Under the pieces are notes generated by a model that worked only from the letters and a program-made list of their open reading frames with translations, did no database searches and was not told the DNA's origin. A stretch of DNA of 63,737 nt, counting the filler, from Octopus bimaculoides (Eukaryota): NCBI RefSeq assembly GCF_001194135.2. It is 8 parts of 7 records of this genome, joined end to end, with 100 filler letters (N's around TTAATTAATTAA, not from the genome) between each part and the next. Parts side by side here need not be neighbours in the genome. Positions count along the whole stretch, not along the records: positions 46,707 to 62,344 come from NC_068984.1; positions 62,445 to 63,737 come from NC_068984.1; 6 more parts are not named here. One strand, written 5' to 3'. Made by a program: the position numbers and the translations under genes. Positions 49,071 through 63,343 of this stretch are shown here, in pieces (position 1 is the stretch's first letter; every line of letters begins with the position of its first letter).

Positions 49071-49167
49071 TAATCAGATACCCAACAAAGACTGTGAAAG
49101 TGAACGTGTTTCACCGGTAAGCTACCAGGTGCATGCCATACGATCTATTATTTAATACTATATCCGT

Positions 49168-49206
<39 letters not shown>

Positions 49207-49742
49207 NNNNNNNNNNNNNNNNNNNNNNNNNNNNNNNNNNNNNNNNNNNNNNNNNNNNNNNNNNNNNNNNNNNNNNNNNNNNNNNNNNNNNNNNNNNNNN
49301 NNNNNNNNNNNNNNNNNNNNNNNNNNNNNNNNNNNNNNNNNNNNNNNNNNNNNNNNNNNNNNNNNNNNNNNNNNNNNNNNNNNNNNNNNNNNNNNNNNNN
49401 NNNNNNNNNNNNNNNNNNNNNNNNNNNNNNNNNNNNNNNNNNNNNNNNNNNNNNNNNNNNNNNNNNNNNNNNNNNNNNNNNNNNNNNNNNNNNNNNNNNN
49501 NNNNNNNNNNNNNNNNNNNNNNNNNNNNNNNNNNNNNNNNNNNNNNNNNNNNNNNNNNNNNNNNNNNNNNNNNNNNNNNNNNNNNNNNNNNNNNNNNNNN
49601 NNNNNNNNNNNNNNNNNNNNNNNNNNNNNNNNNNNNNNNNNNNNNNNNNNNNNNNNNNNNNNNNNNNNNNNNNNNNNNNNNNNNNNNNNNNNNNNNNNNN
49701 NNNNNNNNNNNNNNNNNNNNNNNNNNNNNNNNNNNNNNNNNN

Positions 49743-49858
49743 GAGAGAGAGCGCGAGAGAGAGAGAGCGCGAGAGAGAGAGAGCGCGAGAGAGAGAGAGC
49801 GCGAGAGAGAGAGAGCGCGAGAGAGAGAGAGCGCGAGAGAGAGAGAGCGCGAGAGAGA
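49743..49858. repeat. 14-bp (GCGAGAGAGAGAGA)n microsatellite array
   Basis: Regular repeat visible at the gap edge. Confidence 0.9.
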
Positions 49859-50094
49859 GTATTGAGGTTCAGGGGGAGGAGGGCGGCGTACATTAGAATG
49901 TACTTCATAATTTGTTGCATTTCTGTTCTGCACTAAGCTGTATCAATACGATTATCTCTGAATTATAAATCCCATTGTTTCTATTGCAAATATTATTATA
50001 ACTCAAATTATCTGTCGGTGGTGGTTAGCATAGCATTAGTAATATAACATAAATATAAATCCATTACCTAACATTCTAATGCAAGAATTGTGAC

Positions 50095-50355
50095 GGAGCG
50101 TAGCTTAGTGGTTAGGGTGTTGCATTCACAGTCTCGAGGTCGTGTTTTCGATTACCGGACCTAGTTGTACAATGTGTTCTTGAGCAAAAAAAAACGTCCT
50201 TTTATATTGTTCCACGACCTCTACAACATCTGAGGTGTGGCACACTGTGCACTTGTACAGGCAATGCCGATTGATGGAGAGAGTGAACTAATGTACAACA
50301 CATACAGTTGATCACTATAAACACACTCATCTGTGCAGATTGCTCAGCAAGAAGT
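50095..50355 (+). mobile_element. tRNA-derived SINE
   Basis: cgtagcttagtggttagggtgttg...gtgttttcgattaccggac head, followed by gtgttcttgagcaaaa. Confidence 0.7.
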
Positions 50356-50939
50356 ATGTGTACCCTCATTTGCCGTCTACGATAGTGTATTTAGAGAAGT
50401 ATTGGCCAATGACATTAATAGCTGAAACTTGGAAGATAAAACTCGGAGTAAAAGTTCCATATTTTCCATTTATGAGGCAAGGTCCGCATCGTCCTACTTG
50501 AAAGAGGAAATTTGTTAATACTCTTCGTGAAACAAAGCGTCCTTCAATAAGGGCATGTTATTCTTATCTTCTTCAAAAGCAAGGAAACACCTTGCACAAC
50601 TCGTATCAAGAAAATGTCCTTGCACCACACTTCACTTAATTGGGAGTAGTACTCAGCTAAAGCACTCAACACCGCTCCAATTGTTGGGTCTCGTCGAAGA
50701 TTTCTCCTGGTAAATTCACAGCCATAACATTGCTAGGAATGCATTACAACTACTGGCCTTTCTCTTCGGAACCTCATGTTAGTTCAGCACCCAATAAATT
50801 TTGATACTCTACAAAGCTCACGTGAGAATCATATGAAACATTACTCTCATAGCTGATACGGTTCTTCTGTTGTTCATACAGGCATTTAGAAATAGACAAA
50901 CCAGCTGACAGTCAGAAAACTAGTCACATATACACGCTC

Positions 50940-51230
50940 ATAGGCTTGTTGTTTCCTCCCTCCTTCAGCCTTGCCTATCATTATTATAATATCCTCTACA
51001 CCTTGGAGCTGAGTAGATTCATGCTACCTCTTCATAGACATTCACGTCCCACTCATCTCTCCTCTTATCACTCTCGTTACGTCCAACCCTCAAGTCCCAC
51101 GCTAATGCCTACATCAAGTGCTTCCTTCCACGGACGTCGTACCCTTAGATTTCCTCTTAGTTCATATCTTTCTAATAGGTCTTGACTTACAATAGTTCAA
51201 GAGGAACACTAAAGATATCAATCTCACCGA
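50940..51230 (+). mobile_element. CR1/Jockey-group LINE 3' fragment (second, weaker fragment near 56940-57260)
   Basis: Decayed FHRYY...SRPTHLS...YIKCFLPRTS...FKRN motifs. The second fragment retains an LWNSL-like motif. Confidence 0.6.
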
Positions 51231-53057
51231 ACTTGGAGGGCCTGCAAAGGCCATGGGCACTGTTCCTTTTTCCAAATCCTGCAAAGTTTCTGTTGTGTCG
51301 ACGCCCCCAAGCGAATAAGTAGGATCGCCCAAGACATATAAATAGAGGTAGCCTGGCCGTGGTAGGGAGTTGAGTGACTGTTGACTAGCTGTGGAGTAGC
51401 AGTCACGTAGCGGTTGAGTAGAAATCATCCAAAGGTGCTAGATAGCAGTAGCTTGAGACAGTTTCTAAGAAGTGTATATCTGTTTTCTAAAACGTTACTA
51501 TGTTACAGTTACACTAATAGAACGTTGAGCCAATGAGAAACAGGGGTATTTCTACGGGGCAGCCAAATTGCGTTCAAATCATACCCAACCATTTGAGTAA
51601 GGAACATTTTGCACATAGGGAAAGTACAGAATGATTACTACCGAAATGGCTTTGATCATAGGCCTACTCAATCAGGATGATCTGAGGCTAAACAACAACA
51701 ACAACCGATAGCGCATCATCTCTTCAGATAGAAAACTCAGCGTCTTGACGTAATTCCAAAGAACCCTCGCCGTCTCAAGAACAATCTATGCAGGCTATAA
51801 GTATTAACTTCTCTTTTCCAGATCAACAAGTAAAAGAAAAATTAATGGAAGAAAATATTTTAAATATTTTTGGAAAGTTTTCAGTGGAAAATAAAAAGCA
51901 GCTAGTTCGTAGAAATATTTAAAATGAAAAATGTGAAAAAGCAGTTTTTATGTATTTATATATATTTAAATATGTATTTCTTTTTTATAATGGTGGAAGC
52001 CAGCCATATTTAGCGGCGTGAGAATGTAAATTTGAAATATTCACTTTATGAGGTTATTCAAAAGCTATTCCTAGTCTCAAAAGACTAGGAATAGCTTTTG
52101 AGTGTTTTCATTTTTTATCTCTCCTAATTATCCGTTCCGTTGACTATTAATTTCATGTAGATAACTGAAAATATTTTTCATATAATTTTAGGAAATTTCT
52201 TTCAAGTTTGTTTCTTACCTCCTTTCTTCGTTTCCTTTGTTTACAAAATAAATCAAACAGTGGAAATAGGTAGTATCCTTGAAAGATTACAAATTGTTGG
52301 TTCAACATTGAATGGAGAACGAACATCATCAAATGGCTAACGTATGAATTTCTTGGAATAACAAATTAGTATTCTACACATTGTCATATAATTACTTAAT
52401 ATGCTCTCACGCTAGTGTAATATTTCCTATTCAGCACGTTTCTAAAGTTCTTATAAGTCTGTTGAAATCTTACTTGTTATTTTAACAAGACCTTACTGAC
52501 TGCCCAAAATATACATACATGTAAATACTGGTCGCATTCATACAAGATGAAAGCTACGTTTGTTATTTCCATTTGTAAAATTATCTATTTGTACACCTTC
52601 TTGGCTCTTAAATCAATACGATCCGCGTTCATAATTGTAAGAATCAATCTCCTAGGGAAAACGCTAGTCATTTAACAGATAATTCTAGTCTCTCTAGATT
52701 TCAATAAAACAAATATTAAAACTTCCTTAGCTTTAGAGACGAAAACATTAACTAATTTGCTGCAATACCACAACGTACCGTTAACTCCACCTTTCAACTA
52801 ATGCATCAGATGAGAATATCTTTATCTTGTCCTTCTGTAATTAAAGATGACATTAAATACGATAACTGGCAGTTACAGACTTGGCTACTCACAATGTTTA
52901 GTCCCCTTTACAAAGATGTAGGGGTGAATGATAGTTCTTAGATGTAAACAAATACTAGAAGTCACTGGAGAGGAAAGGAAAAAAAATATATATATATATA
53001 TACATGTATGTATGTATATTTATGTATGTATGTATGTAAAGATATATATGTATGTAT

Positions 53058-53912
53058 GTGCGATGGGTAAATTATCGCCATTTTATTTTTTTATTTCGCG
53101 CATGTGCTTCTTTGTTTTTGATTTTGTCGATTACACACTATAGTAGGGTCAGTTGAGCACCACCTGTGAGAAAAACAGCACCATGACACAATTCACTCTG
53201 CCAGAATTCACGACATGCTGTACTCCCTGGCATTCCCGCCGGAAGCTCCAATAGGAATATTTCTGAGTGTTTGGTTGTGAGTCTGAGGACAGTGCAATCT
53301 GAGGACATGTACCGAGAGTGATAAAAATTTAACATCCAGTCAACATCATGGTGTTTGGAGTGATTACTACTGATAGCTACGTTATGCCTCCATTCATCTT
53401 ACCACGCGGTCTCAGATTCAATACTGAGGCCTACATCAAGTGCCTGGTGGAGGTAGTGTTGCCCTGGGTCAAGAGGGTGGCTGCTGGAAGACACTATGTC
53501 TAGCAACAGGACTTTGCACCATGCCACACAAGCAGTAGAACCCATTCACAGCTGTCAGACAATTTCTGCGATCACATCAACTCTAACGTCTGGCCACATA
53601 ACTCCCCACACTGCAACCCCTTTCATTATGTGTGGAGCGCAGTTGAGCGAGAGACCAACAAAACTTCTTGCAACGCCAATAGTGAACTGAAGGCATGAAT
53701 TACGGCAGCACTCACTAACTTAACAAGGAAGAGTTGCAGAAGATTCCGAAGTCGTCTGGAGGCCGTAGCTGAAACCAACGTGATTTTATTGAATAAATCA
53801 CTCTTTAGTATTTCAAGATATTTTTATGTAATTTTGGTAAATATATCTGTTAAAATGAGATGTCAGTGTTACTTTCATTTTTGCGTAATTTAGACGAAAT
53901 TATCCTGACTCT
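53058..53912 (+). mobile_element. Internally deleted maT/DD37D-like relic, copy 2
   Basis: QQD followed by 37 residues to the (mutated) third catalytic position in NSPHCNPFHYVW. It shares its 5' end and deletion junction with 2051-2620. Confidence 0.85.
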
Positions 53913-56388
53913 TTAAAAGTAAGATTCTTTTTCTTTTTGTTATAACACTAGCTATTGTAACTTTCGTTCCTACAAAGTAACTTCCATCTCAAGAAGGTGT
54001 ATTTTAGTCCCACGTCTTGACTAAACACATTCCTGAAATCAACAAATACAAAATGGATTTTCATTGGCATTAACCAACACAGGGTAGGTATCTGAGGAGA
54101 TATGTTTTTCACCTTTTATTTTTAACCTCTAATAGCTCATTGTTAGTTTCCGGTCAATGTAAATACCTAGCAAGCCCCACCTGAGATAATGTGCCTCAAT
54201 TAACTGCACACATCACTGCAGACACGTAAAAAAGTATTATTTCATATGTAATAAATGATTCGTCCGAACAGTTACCATGCAACAATTATATTAATAAAAC
54301 GTATTATGAAACAATTATTTGGAGTTAGATCAGAAGATCAAAAACTCTCCCGCCAATACAGTAATTTTTAGATGTTAAGCCATTTTATACTTTTATTTAT
54401 TTATTATTTGTTTTTAGTTGGAACGAAATCAGACTTTGTTGTGTGTATGACCATTAGAATGAAGAATGAACAGAATCTTCCACAAATCAGAATGGTATAC
54501 TATATTTGAAATTGTTTAAAGGGAGAAAGAGTTTTGTTTAAGATTTTAAAATTAAGGCAAGGAACATCGTTATATACAAGTTAATATATGCAAGGTTTTA
54601 TTAGACCAACATCGACACCCTTTCCTATTATCAAGATTAGTTTGTTGTTTGAATTGTGTTCTAGTTGAATAATGAGTGTGCGTGTGTGTGTGTGCGTGTG
54701 TGCGCGCGCGTGTATGCATTAATTCATTTAAAATATACGCTGTCATTTATCATCTTGATGAATGAGGCGATTATATTTGTTTTGTTATTGCATACTTTAG
54801 TCCTGGAGAATACTTCAAATTTGGATATAGTCAACTCCATAAAAATTTCAACCGATCCCAAGTATGAAACAGACCTCTCAAAAATGTCTAGGTTATGGGA
54901 TTATACTGACGATAACATGTTTAGCCTCTTTTTCCAACATTTAGACAACAGACGTGTCGTGATGTAGAAGTTAAGGCATTATACACTCATAAATACAACT
55001 TTTATTGAAACTATATATAAACCATATACAGTAGTGCAGAAAGTCCCAATCTAATACCTAGATGAAAGTCCCAATGAAATACCGAATGAATATCGGTTTC
55101 AAACTTTGTACAAGACCAGCAAGTTCAGTGGGATAGTAAGTCGATTACATCGACCCCTGTACTCAACTGCTACTTATTTTATCGATATCGAAGGGATGAA
55201 AAGCAAAGTCGACCTCAGTAGACTTTGAACCCAGAACGTAAAGACGGACGAAATGTCACTAAGCATTTTACCGGGCGTGCTAACGATTCTGCCAGCTCGC
55301 CACCTTATGTCTAGTCAATATCAGCATTTGTTTCTGAGCTGTAGGGGTATATAACACCTACATTTTTCTTTCTCTATCGTATAGACTGTGGCAGTATTAT
55401 TTACCTTGACGTTGTTTATCAATTGCAGATCTATGCTGACAGTATTTTTTTTTTCTTAATTCTAGAATTTATATTCTACAGGCTAAAGTAAATCATATTA
55501 TTTTCTGCACAAATGTAACATTTTGTAAAAGTTTTACACGAAAGAATGATAATTGCCAACATTTAAAGTAAAAGAATGTTTCGTGTGTAATCATAGCTTC
55601 TCAAGTTAAGTTATAATATTTATCATTCTTGATTATTGCCAAAATCATTTCAGCTCTATTTTATCTTGTTTACTAATAATCGGTCTAATCTAATGCTTAC
55701 AATAACAATACAACTTATTACCACCCAGTGGCAGATTATTGGAGAATAAAAAGCTGACAGCTAATCAAACTGAAAATTTCATAACCATAATGAAATAAGC
55801 AGAGTCCATGCCAGTAAATTTGTTTTCCAGGTATACTGGCTACATTTCAACACCATTATTTGCATTTAACTCATTTTCATTCCTAAAGCCAGAAATCATA
55901 TGTTTGTTCAATGAAATATAGAATAATAGAAATGTTACTAATATAAATATTGCTTGCTTTATTTCTTTTTTGTTCTATTTATTTAATTATATTTTTGTTA
56001 GAGTGGGTGTTTCAAATATCTTGTGAATTTTAAGTTAAACATATTTAGTTATTGTCGACATCTAATTAGTATGCTGCTTAAAATAAGTTAGCTTTCTCAA
56101 ATAACATTTTATATCCTTGAAACATCGTGGATTAGTTTAGCTGTCGGGTTTTATGGGCAATCTTTGCATCTAGTAGTGTTTATGTTAGAGAAAAAGAAAC
56201 TCTGTGATTTACAAATGTATAATAATGCGTGAAAATAAGTGTCAAAACAGTGAAATGTTATTATTGTCAGGAAATAGTTTCTAATCTCGGTGGTAGAGAA
56301 ACAGAAATGATAAACCATAAAATACTTCCAAGTTTGAAAAGTCTTTGACATATCACTCAGCTAACGATCACTCACACACACACACACA

Positions 56389-56434
<46 letters not shown>

Positions 56435-56832
56435 TTCTCACACACACACACACACTAAGTAAGTAAAATAACTGCATCAAAGTAAATGGATCTCTGTCGG
56501 TTTCGACGATGAATATTTAGTTGTTCGATCAACTGAATTACCTCCTCATTGAACTAGTGTGTAAGTGGCTGAACAATCCACAGACACACACGCGCCATTA
56601 TCGGAATTCTCTGACAAAATCAGCGTAACACACTTTTTAACCTTTAACAAAACCCGAACCACTAAACTTCAGCTACAATTCATACAGATTCCGTCAGCTA
56701 ACTTTCACTCACAAGACTTTAGATCAACCTGATAGTATAGAGAAAGACACTTGTCCAAGATGCTCCGTAATGGGATCGAACAAATAACCTTGTGATTGCA
56801 AAGCTTAACTTATTAATCATTCGTCAATGCTG

Positions 56833-56891
<59 letters not shown>

Positions 56892-59800
56892 ACGCGCGCA
56901 CACATACACTCATATATTCTAGACGGCATCCACAGATGTCATCCATTTACAGAGACACCTTCAATCATCCACAAATGTACAAAGGCAAATCTTACGACGC
57001 GCCGCGTCTTCTCGTCTTCCCAATGTCTCTTCTAGCAATAACACAGCTTCCTCCTGTGAACTAGAAAACTGGCATCACTACTGACAGTTCCTATCCACCG
57101 TTCGTTTTGTCTCTTTCTAGCAATCTCCAATGTAGGCATTATACTAAACTCTACATCACTCTCTAAGATTGGAACTCTCTGGAATAGCCTTTTTTAACTC
57201 ATATTTCCTGACAAACACAATGATGTAGAAATTTCAAGTCGAATACTAACAGTTGCACCAACCTTGCTTTATCCGGAAGAGGGGAAAGTACCTATAATAG
57301 AAGGTATAATCACTGTCCCTCTTGCACAGAATAAGGCCATAATTGCTACAACTATATCGAAAATTATAAACTTTCAAATACGTTTACATATTGACACAAA
57401 CACGCACACACAAACAGTCATATATATATATATATATATANNNNNNNNNNNNNNNNNNNNNNNNNNNNNNNNNNNNNNNNNNNNNNNNNNNNNNNNNNNN
57501 NNNNNNNNNNNNNNNNNNNNNNNNNNNNNNNNNNNNNNNNNNNNNNNNNNNNNNNNNNNNNNNNNNNNNNNNNNNNNNNNNNNNNNNNNNNNNNNNNNNN
57601 NNNNNNNNNNNNNNNNNNNNNNNNNNNNNNNNNNNNNNNNNNNNNNNNNNNNNNNNNNNNNNNNNNNNNNNNNNNNNNNNNNNNNNNNNNNNNNNNNNNN
57701 NNNNNNNNNNNNNNNNNNNNNNNNNNNNNNNNNNNNNNNNNNNNNNNNNNNNNNNNNNNNNNNNNNNNNNNNNNNNNNNNNNNNNNNNNNNNNNNNNNNN
57801 NNNNNNNNNNNNNNNNNNNNNNNNNNNNNNNNNNNNNNNNNNNNNNNNNNNNNNNNNNNNNNNNNNNNNNNNNNNNNNNNNNNNNNNNNNNNNNNNNNNN
57901 NNNNNNNNNNNNNNNNNNNNNNNNNNNNNNNNNNNNNNNNNNNNNNNNNNNNNNNNNNNNNNNNNNNNNNATATATATATATATATATACATACAAACAC
58001 ATATATGATTGTATAAGTATATATGTATATGTATATGTGTGTGTATATATATATATGTATATATATGTTAATGAAATAGATTTCAATATAATCGAGCAAA
58101 TTACAAATAAACATACATCTGTAATACAACATATAGTAGCAAATAAAGTTGTTAGTGATCCAAGAGAAATTCCCGATTCAATTAGTAGGCCTTTAAAATG
58201 TTAGACACAGCAAATGTTCGAGGAGGTTAATGAAAAGGGTTAAGGGGTCAGGAAAGATCATTCTCATTTCCTCAAATATTAGTTTTCTGCGGTATCGAAA
58301 TTATTCACTTAAAAATTCTGAATATTTTTATAAATATCCCACCTAATTACAAAACTTAAAACGTAATTGATGTTACACTGCGCTGCTATCTTGACATGTT
58401 TACGCCTTAATATGTGAAATGCACCTAAAGTAACATACGTTATTTATATGCGAGCCGACAAATGATTGACTGCGTAGTTACTTAACCTACAAGCAACCTT
58501 GGCTTAAGAAAAGAAAAAACATATTGTATAATGTAATCCTAGATAGAAACGTTTTTATCTGTAAATATAATGGGATAATCACGACTTGAAGGCCTTTCAT
58601 CATAGATTTGTTCGACATGAGCTTATCAGGGGCTAAACAACAATATCTATATACATCCAGCTGTAGAGAAGAATATCTTCGTGTTTAGTAATGAAAGCGA
58701 ATGCTCTTCTTCTATACATGAAAGTGTTGAAACAGAATGTTTTCTCTTAAAGGCATTGATAAAATATGCATCAAATATTCTGGTGTCCGAATTTTGAGGC
58801 AGAACCTCGGATGATGGATTAATTAGGGATAGGAAAGACAGGTAGTAGCAACATATATCCCAAAGTATTAAATGTCGATATCAGTGAAATTTGAATTCTC
58901 AGTTTGAGAAGATTTCGTAGTTTTCTTAAATAAAATATAAATTAAGTTTAGAAATGTTACAAAGTTGCTTCTTTGAATAATTATTTTAAAATTCTTTCCA
59001 CTGTCTTTCATTTATCCACCTTAGCCATGTATATAGAAAGGAGAGTTCATAGTTTAGCGCGAAAGGAAACGCATTAAACTACAAAGAATACTAGGTTTCC
59101 TCAGTTCGAACGCTCGTTCTTAAGATGCATCATTTGGTTTTAAAGAAGATCTCACAAGGTTCAAACAACTCATAAAAGTCACGATTACTTGTGTCCAAAC
59201 TTTTACTCTACTCACTCCGTGATTATACCTTAGCTAGTGAAAATTCGGTCCACCTAGTTGAAAAAGTCTAATACAAAATATCAATGTCAAAGTGCTTTAT
59301 GTGTTTAGATAGATGGCAGGACTGAGTCTCAGTGATTATTTGAGGTTTGGGCTGTAATAGCGATACAACCTTGTTCATTTTGATTCTATGGTTGAAGAAA
59401 TGTTTCGAGTAGAATAAGCTGCATTGTGAGGAGAGGTTATATTGTAGAGCAGCAAATTTACCCAGGTGTGAGGATGCGGTACATTAGATAAGATGAAATC
59501 TATATTTAATGAATATATATATATATTCATTTATGGGGCTATGTATGTACATATGTGCACATGAGAGACAGAGAGAAAGAAAAGTGAGTGACAAATAGAA
59601 ATATATATATGGATGTTCGTTATACACTAGTAAAACAAAATCACCTATTTTTCTTTGTTTATGCGTGCATACAAAATGGACAAACAAAACTTATTTATTT
59701 TACCACTTTTCCGTAACTTTTCTCAAGTTTGGCGATTTTATTTATACTATTATGTTAAAATAAAAGAAATACATCACAAAGAGTCCACGTTCCATTTTCC

Positions 59801-60117
59801 AGGTTTTTAGCCATTAATTATCAAGATGTTTTTGATTCCTTGTGGATTTTTTTTTCTTGTTTCTATTGCATAACACCAGTTATTCAGACATCATGCTTTG
59901 ATGTTATATTTCATGTAACCATTTCATGTTGAAAGAAGCCGATGATGTTTCAAAGCTTTAAGCTGATATATTTTGTCAGTTTATAGAGGGCATGAATTTG
60001 TTTAAATCAGAATGTTTTCTTTTTTCATAATGTTATATCTATTCTAAGATGTCTTCAATGTGCTTTGGTGCACAATTTTTAAATTCAGTAATTGTTGTTT
60101 GAATATATATATATATC

Positions 60118-60392
60118 ATTTAATGTACGTAGTATAAAAATAAGAGCTACTAATAGTTTCTTACTTTGGAGACACGTGTCTAGGCAGGTTTTTATAACAC
60201 AGCTTGTATCTCCAGGCAATCCCCAGGCTCTGAGTACACGGTCTATTCTGATTTTTAAATAGAATAGACTATGTACTCAGAGTCTGCAGGTTGCTTAGAG
60301 ACACAAGGCGTGTTATAAAAACCTGCCTGGACACGTGTCTCCAAAATAAGAAACTGTTAGTAGTTCATATCTTTATACTGTATACATTAAAT
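60118..60392. mobile_element. Fold-back (MITE-like) element, ~275 bp, with diverged ~130-bp arms
   Basis: tttaatgta...tagtttcttactttggagacacgtgtc-aggcaggttt-tataacac pairs with gtgttataaaacctgcctggacacgtgtctccaaaataagaaactgttag...tacattaaa. Confidence 0.85.
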
Positions 60393-60559
60393 ATTTATCT
60401 CTCACTGGATGGAGTAATTTTTTGTTGATCTTACCTTAACGGAACAGTAAACTATACACATATATANNNNNNNNNNTATTTATATAAGAATTATTATTTC
60501 TGATTATGGGCATAAAAACCACAAAATGTCACAGTACAAAACAGTCATACATTTGTGAC

Positions 60560-61940
60560 ATTTACGCTCATTTGCAAATACTATTACCGGCGGCAAATGA
60601 AGTAATGAAGTAAAACTGTCTAAGTGCACTTACTGCTGTTATTTGAGGAAATACCATCCGATTAGTAATCCACATGAATGCTGCCTTTTACCAGTTGACT
60701 AGTCATTTAGGTGGAAATTATAATCTGAACAAATGGAGCGTGTCGCATATATTTGAAAAAAGCCTCTTGGAATTGAACTTCAAAAGACAAGCCTTGAAGT
60801 ATTATTCTCAAAGTCAATTCCTCAGTGACCGAGCGTACAATCGAAATTTTATGAGAATTTGTACATTTTTCATTAGTTGTTCGTTCACAGCTCTGCTCTT
60901 ACTTACGTATTTTAAGTTCCACAATAATATAAGTGCATATTCTTCGTAAATTAACTGTAGATATTTTTTCTGGCCCAGTTCTTTGTGATTTTTTTTTAAT
61001 TCATTTATTTTTGTATATGAGAATTAATTTCATATTACCGCAGCTATTTGTATCTCAAACTGTGAACAAATCTAAGAATTATATATACTTTACTTATCTA
61101 TTGCATATCTGTTACCGAGTACCAAATCTGCCAATAAAAACATTTAAATTTTCATAGTTTATTTTATTGATAGTATGATTTTATGGATAATTTTTTTTAT
61201 AAAATGATATCTAGATGAATGCAATTTCAATCATTCTAAAAACGTTTTATTAGCAGAATTCTGACATAAGCTTGGTCGTATGTGGATTGTATCTTGAAAG
61301 CCTAGCATTAATATTGACGAAATATTTGCGCATTTAAGACTAATTTCAGTTTTTACGGCTCTAATTTCTTTGTTTGATATTGATTTTTATCTCAATTTCC
61401 ATATTTTCAGTTTATATATGTTCTCATTTTTACTTTATATTGGTGATTGTTTCTTTAGTCTCTTTGAAATTTATTATTTCCTGAAATTCTGTCGTTTTAT
61501 TTTTAGTTTCGTAATCTTTAACGTAAGTCATTGTTTTATGGACTACTGGGCAAAAGCTGTTATGGACTATGAGCTTTGAATATGCGTAGAAGAGTGAAAA
61601 CCCTGAAACCATGAATCAAACTGGTATCACAGACTTTATATACTCAAATCATATAAGGGAACATTTTTTAAAATTTTATATACCTACAAAATTAGTTTAT
61701 TTACTATTATTACAAACTTGAATATGTTTTGAACAGTTAGCCACATATTTTCTATAAGGGATTTTTCGAAATAATTCATCTGTTTGTCATTGTATTTCTT
61801 ATTTATTGTGTTTATGTGTTCGAGATTGTAGCCTAGACAATTAAGATCCGTAAGTTCAATCAGATTCAAGTTGATATTTTCCATAAGAAGAAGGGTAAAC
61901 ATGACTGCTGACCAATTGAGAAATTCGGATTATCTGTTCG
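60560..61940 (-). pseudogene. Possible decayed long ORF, family unassigned
   Basis: Several long open runs (about 80, 51, 67, 30 and 38 codons) fall in the same minus frame in very AT-rich DNA and are separated by scattered stops. Confidence 0.4.
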
Positions 61941-62292
61941 AAAAAGCTTTCCATTTGCAGATTTTGTTTATAACTAGTCATTTTATTTTATTACAAATGT
62001 TAACACACACACATACAGATCATATATATATATACGTGCATAAATATATACATAATCATGTATATGCATATATACATGCATATACACACATGCATATACA
62101 TATATATATACACATGCTTATACATATATATATATATATACACAGATGCATATACATATATATATGTATATATATATATATATATATGTATATACATATA
62201 TATATACACATGCATATACGTATACATATATACACATGCATATACATATATATATACATATGCATATACATATATATATATACATATGCATA

Positions 62293-62344
<52 letters not shown>

Positions 62345-62444
62345 NNNNNNNNNNNNNNNNNNNNNNNNNNNNNNNNNNNNNNNNNNNNTTAATTAATTAA
62401 NNNNNNNNNNNNNNNNNNNNNNNNNNNNNNNNNNNNNNNNNNNN

Positions 62445-62801
62445 ATGCGCGCACTCTTCAGTATAAACTAATTGAGGCAATTGATTGGCTTATCTGAATA
62501 GTAATGTCAGCAGTTCCTGTCGATGAAAATTTCATGCATCATTTACTGCCAGTAGTGATTCATGCTACATGTATAGGGATGCGCGTAAGTTTATTGCTCA
62601 GTGCGGGATCTTCTTTGTCTCGCTGGGGTGCGAGAGTTTCCGATGTGGAGGCTTCAAAGGAAAGACGGAATCTAAGGTTGTGCCTGCGATGACCGCTCGT
62701 CATGTACAAATATTTTCACAGCCCACGTCTATGCCCCGCGCCCCACCTGAATTTTCTCAGGCCCCACCAGTGGGGCGTACGCCCCACCTTGGGAATCACT
62801 G
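62445..62801. mobile_element. One end of a hAT-like non-autonomous element
   Basis: Ends TTGGGAATCACTG (reverse complement CAGTGATTCCCAA, typical of hAT TIRs), with the subterminal palindrome gtggggcgtacgccccac. The other end is lost in the spacer. Confidence 0.65.
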
Positions 62802-62933
62802 GCATAGAGTTTAATAAGAAACCAGTGTATTGAAAAAGGTTCTAATCATGTTCTTTAATGTAACAGACAATACACTTTCCTCTCAAACTTCCATTTGTGC
62901 CCTTCAAAAATGAGATAATATTTTCTTTTATAG

Positions 62934-63016
62934 TGGGTTGCACGAAAGAATTTCTAGACAACTTGAAGCCTGGAGTTTATGTGATGCGAGGTCCACATTG
63001 GAAATGGGGTAATCAG
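62934..63016 (+). CDS. Exon encoding the N-terminal half of a MIB/HERC2 domain, phase 1-0, 83 nt
   Basis: attttcttttatag|TG GGT...AAT CAG|gtaagt. It encodes GCTKEFLDNLKPGVYVMRGPHWKWGNQ, matching the MIB/HERC2 signature G.RVVRGPDWKWGDQ. Confidence 0.9.
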
Positions 63017-63343
63017 GTAAGTTAAGCTATTAGTAAAATAAATGTAATCATTTGAATGGTTTTTCTTTCCAGAGATGACTATAATCAACATTTTCTTCAG
63101 TAAATTGCACTAAATACAATTCTTCTAAACTGTCAGAGACCTCTCTCACATACTAATGCTGATTATAGTAATATTTACTATTGACTGTTATACAGTGTGG
63201 TTGACTTTACAAGACAACACTTACCAATAATTCTGTTTAGTCTGGAAAGACAGTGAAAATCTATTCAAACATTCATCTGTAGATGAATGCATCATCAGCA
63301 GAGTTACCAACAACTGTCTACTACCTCATGATGTTTATTTTAG

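Noticed and set aside
19804-63016. A functional cluster of ubiquitin/chaperone genes (BAG1 UBL + MIB/HERC2) as a new system
   Set aside because: The fragments sit on different spacer-separated segments and opposite strands, and nothing in the sequence links them.
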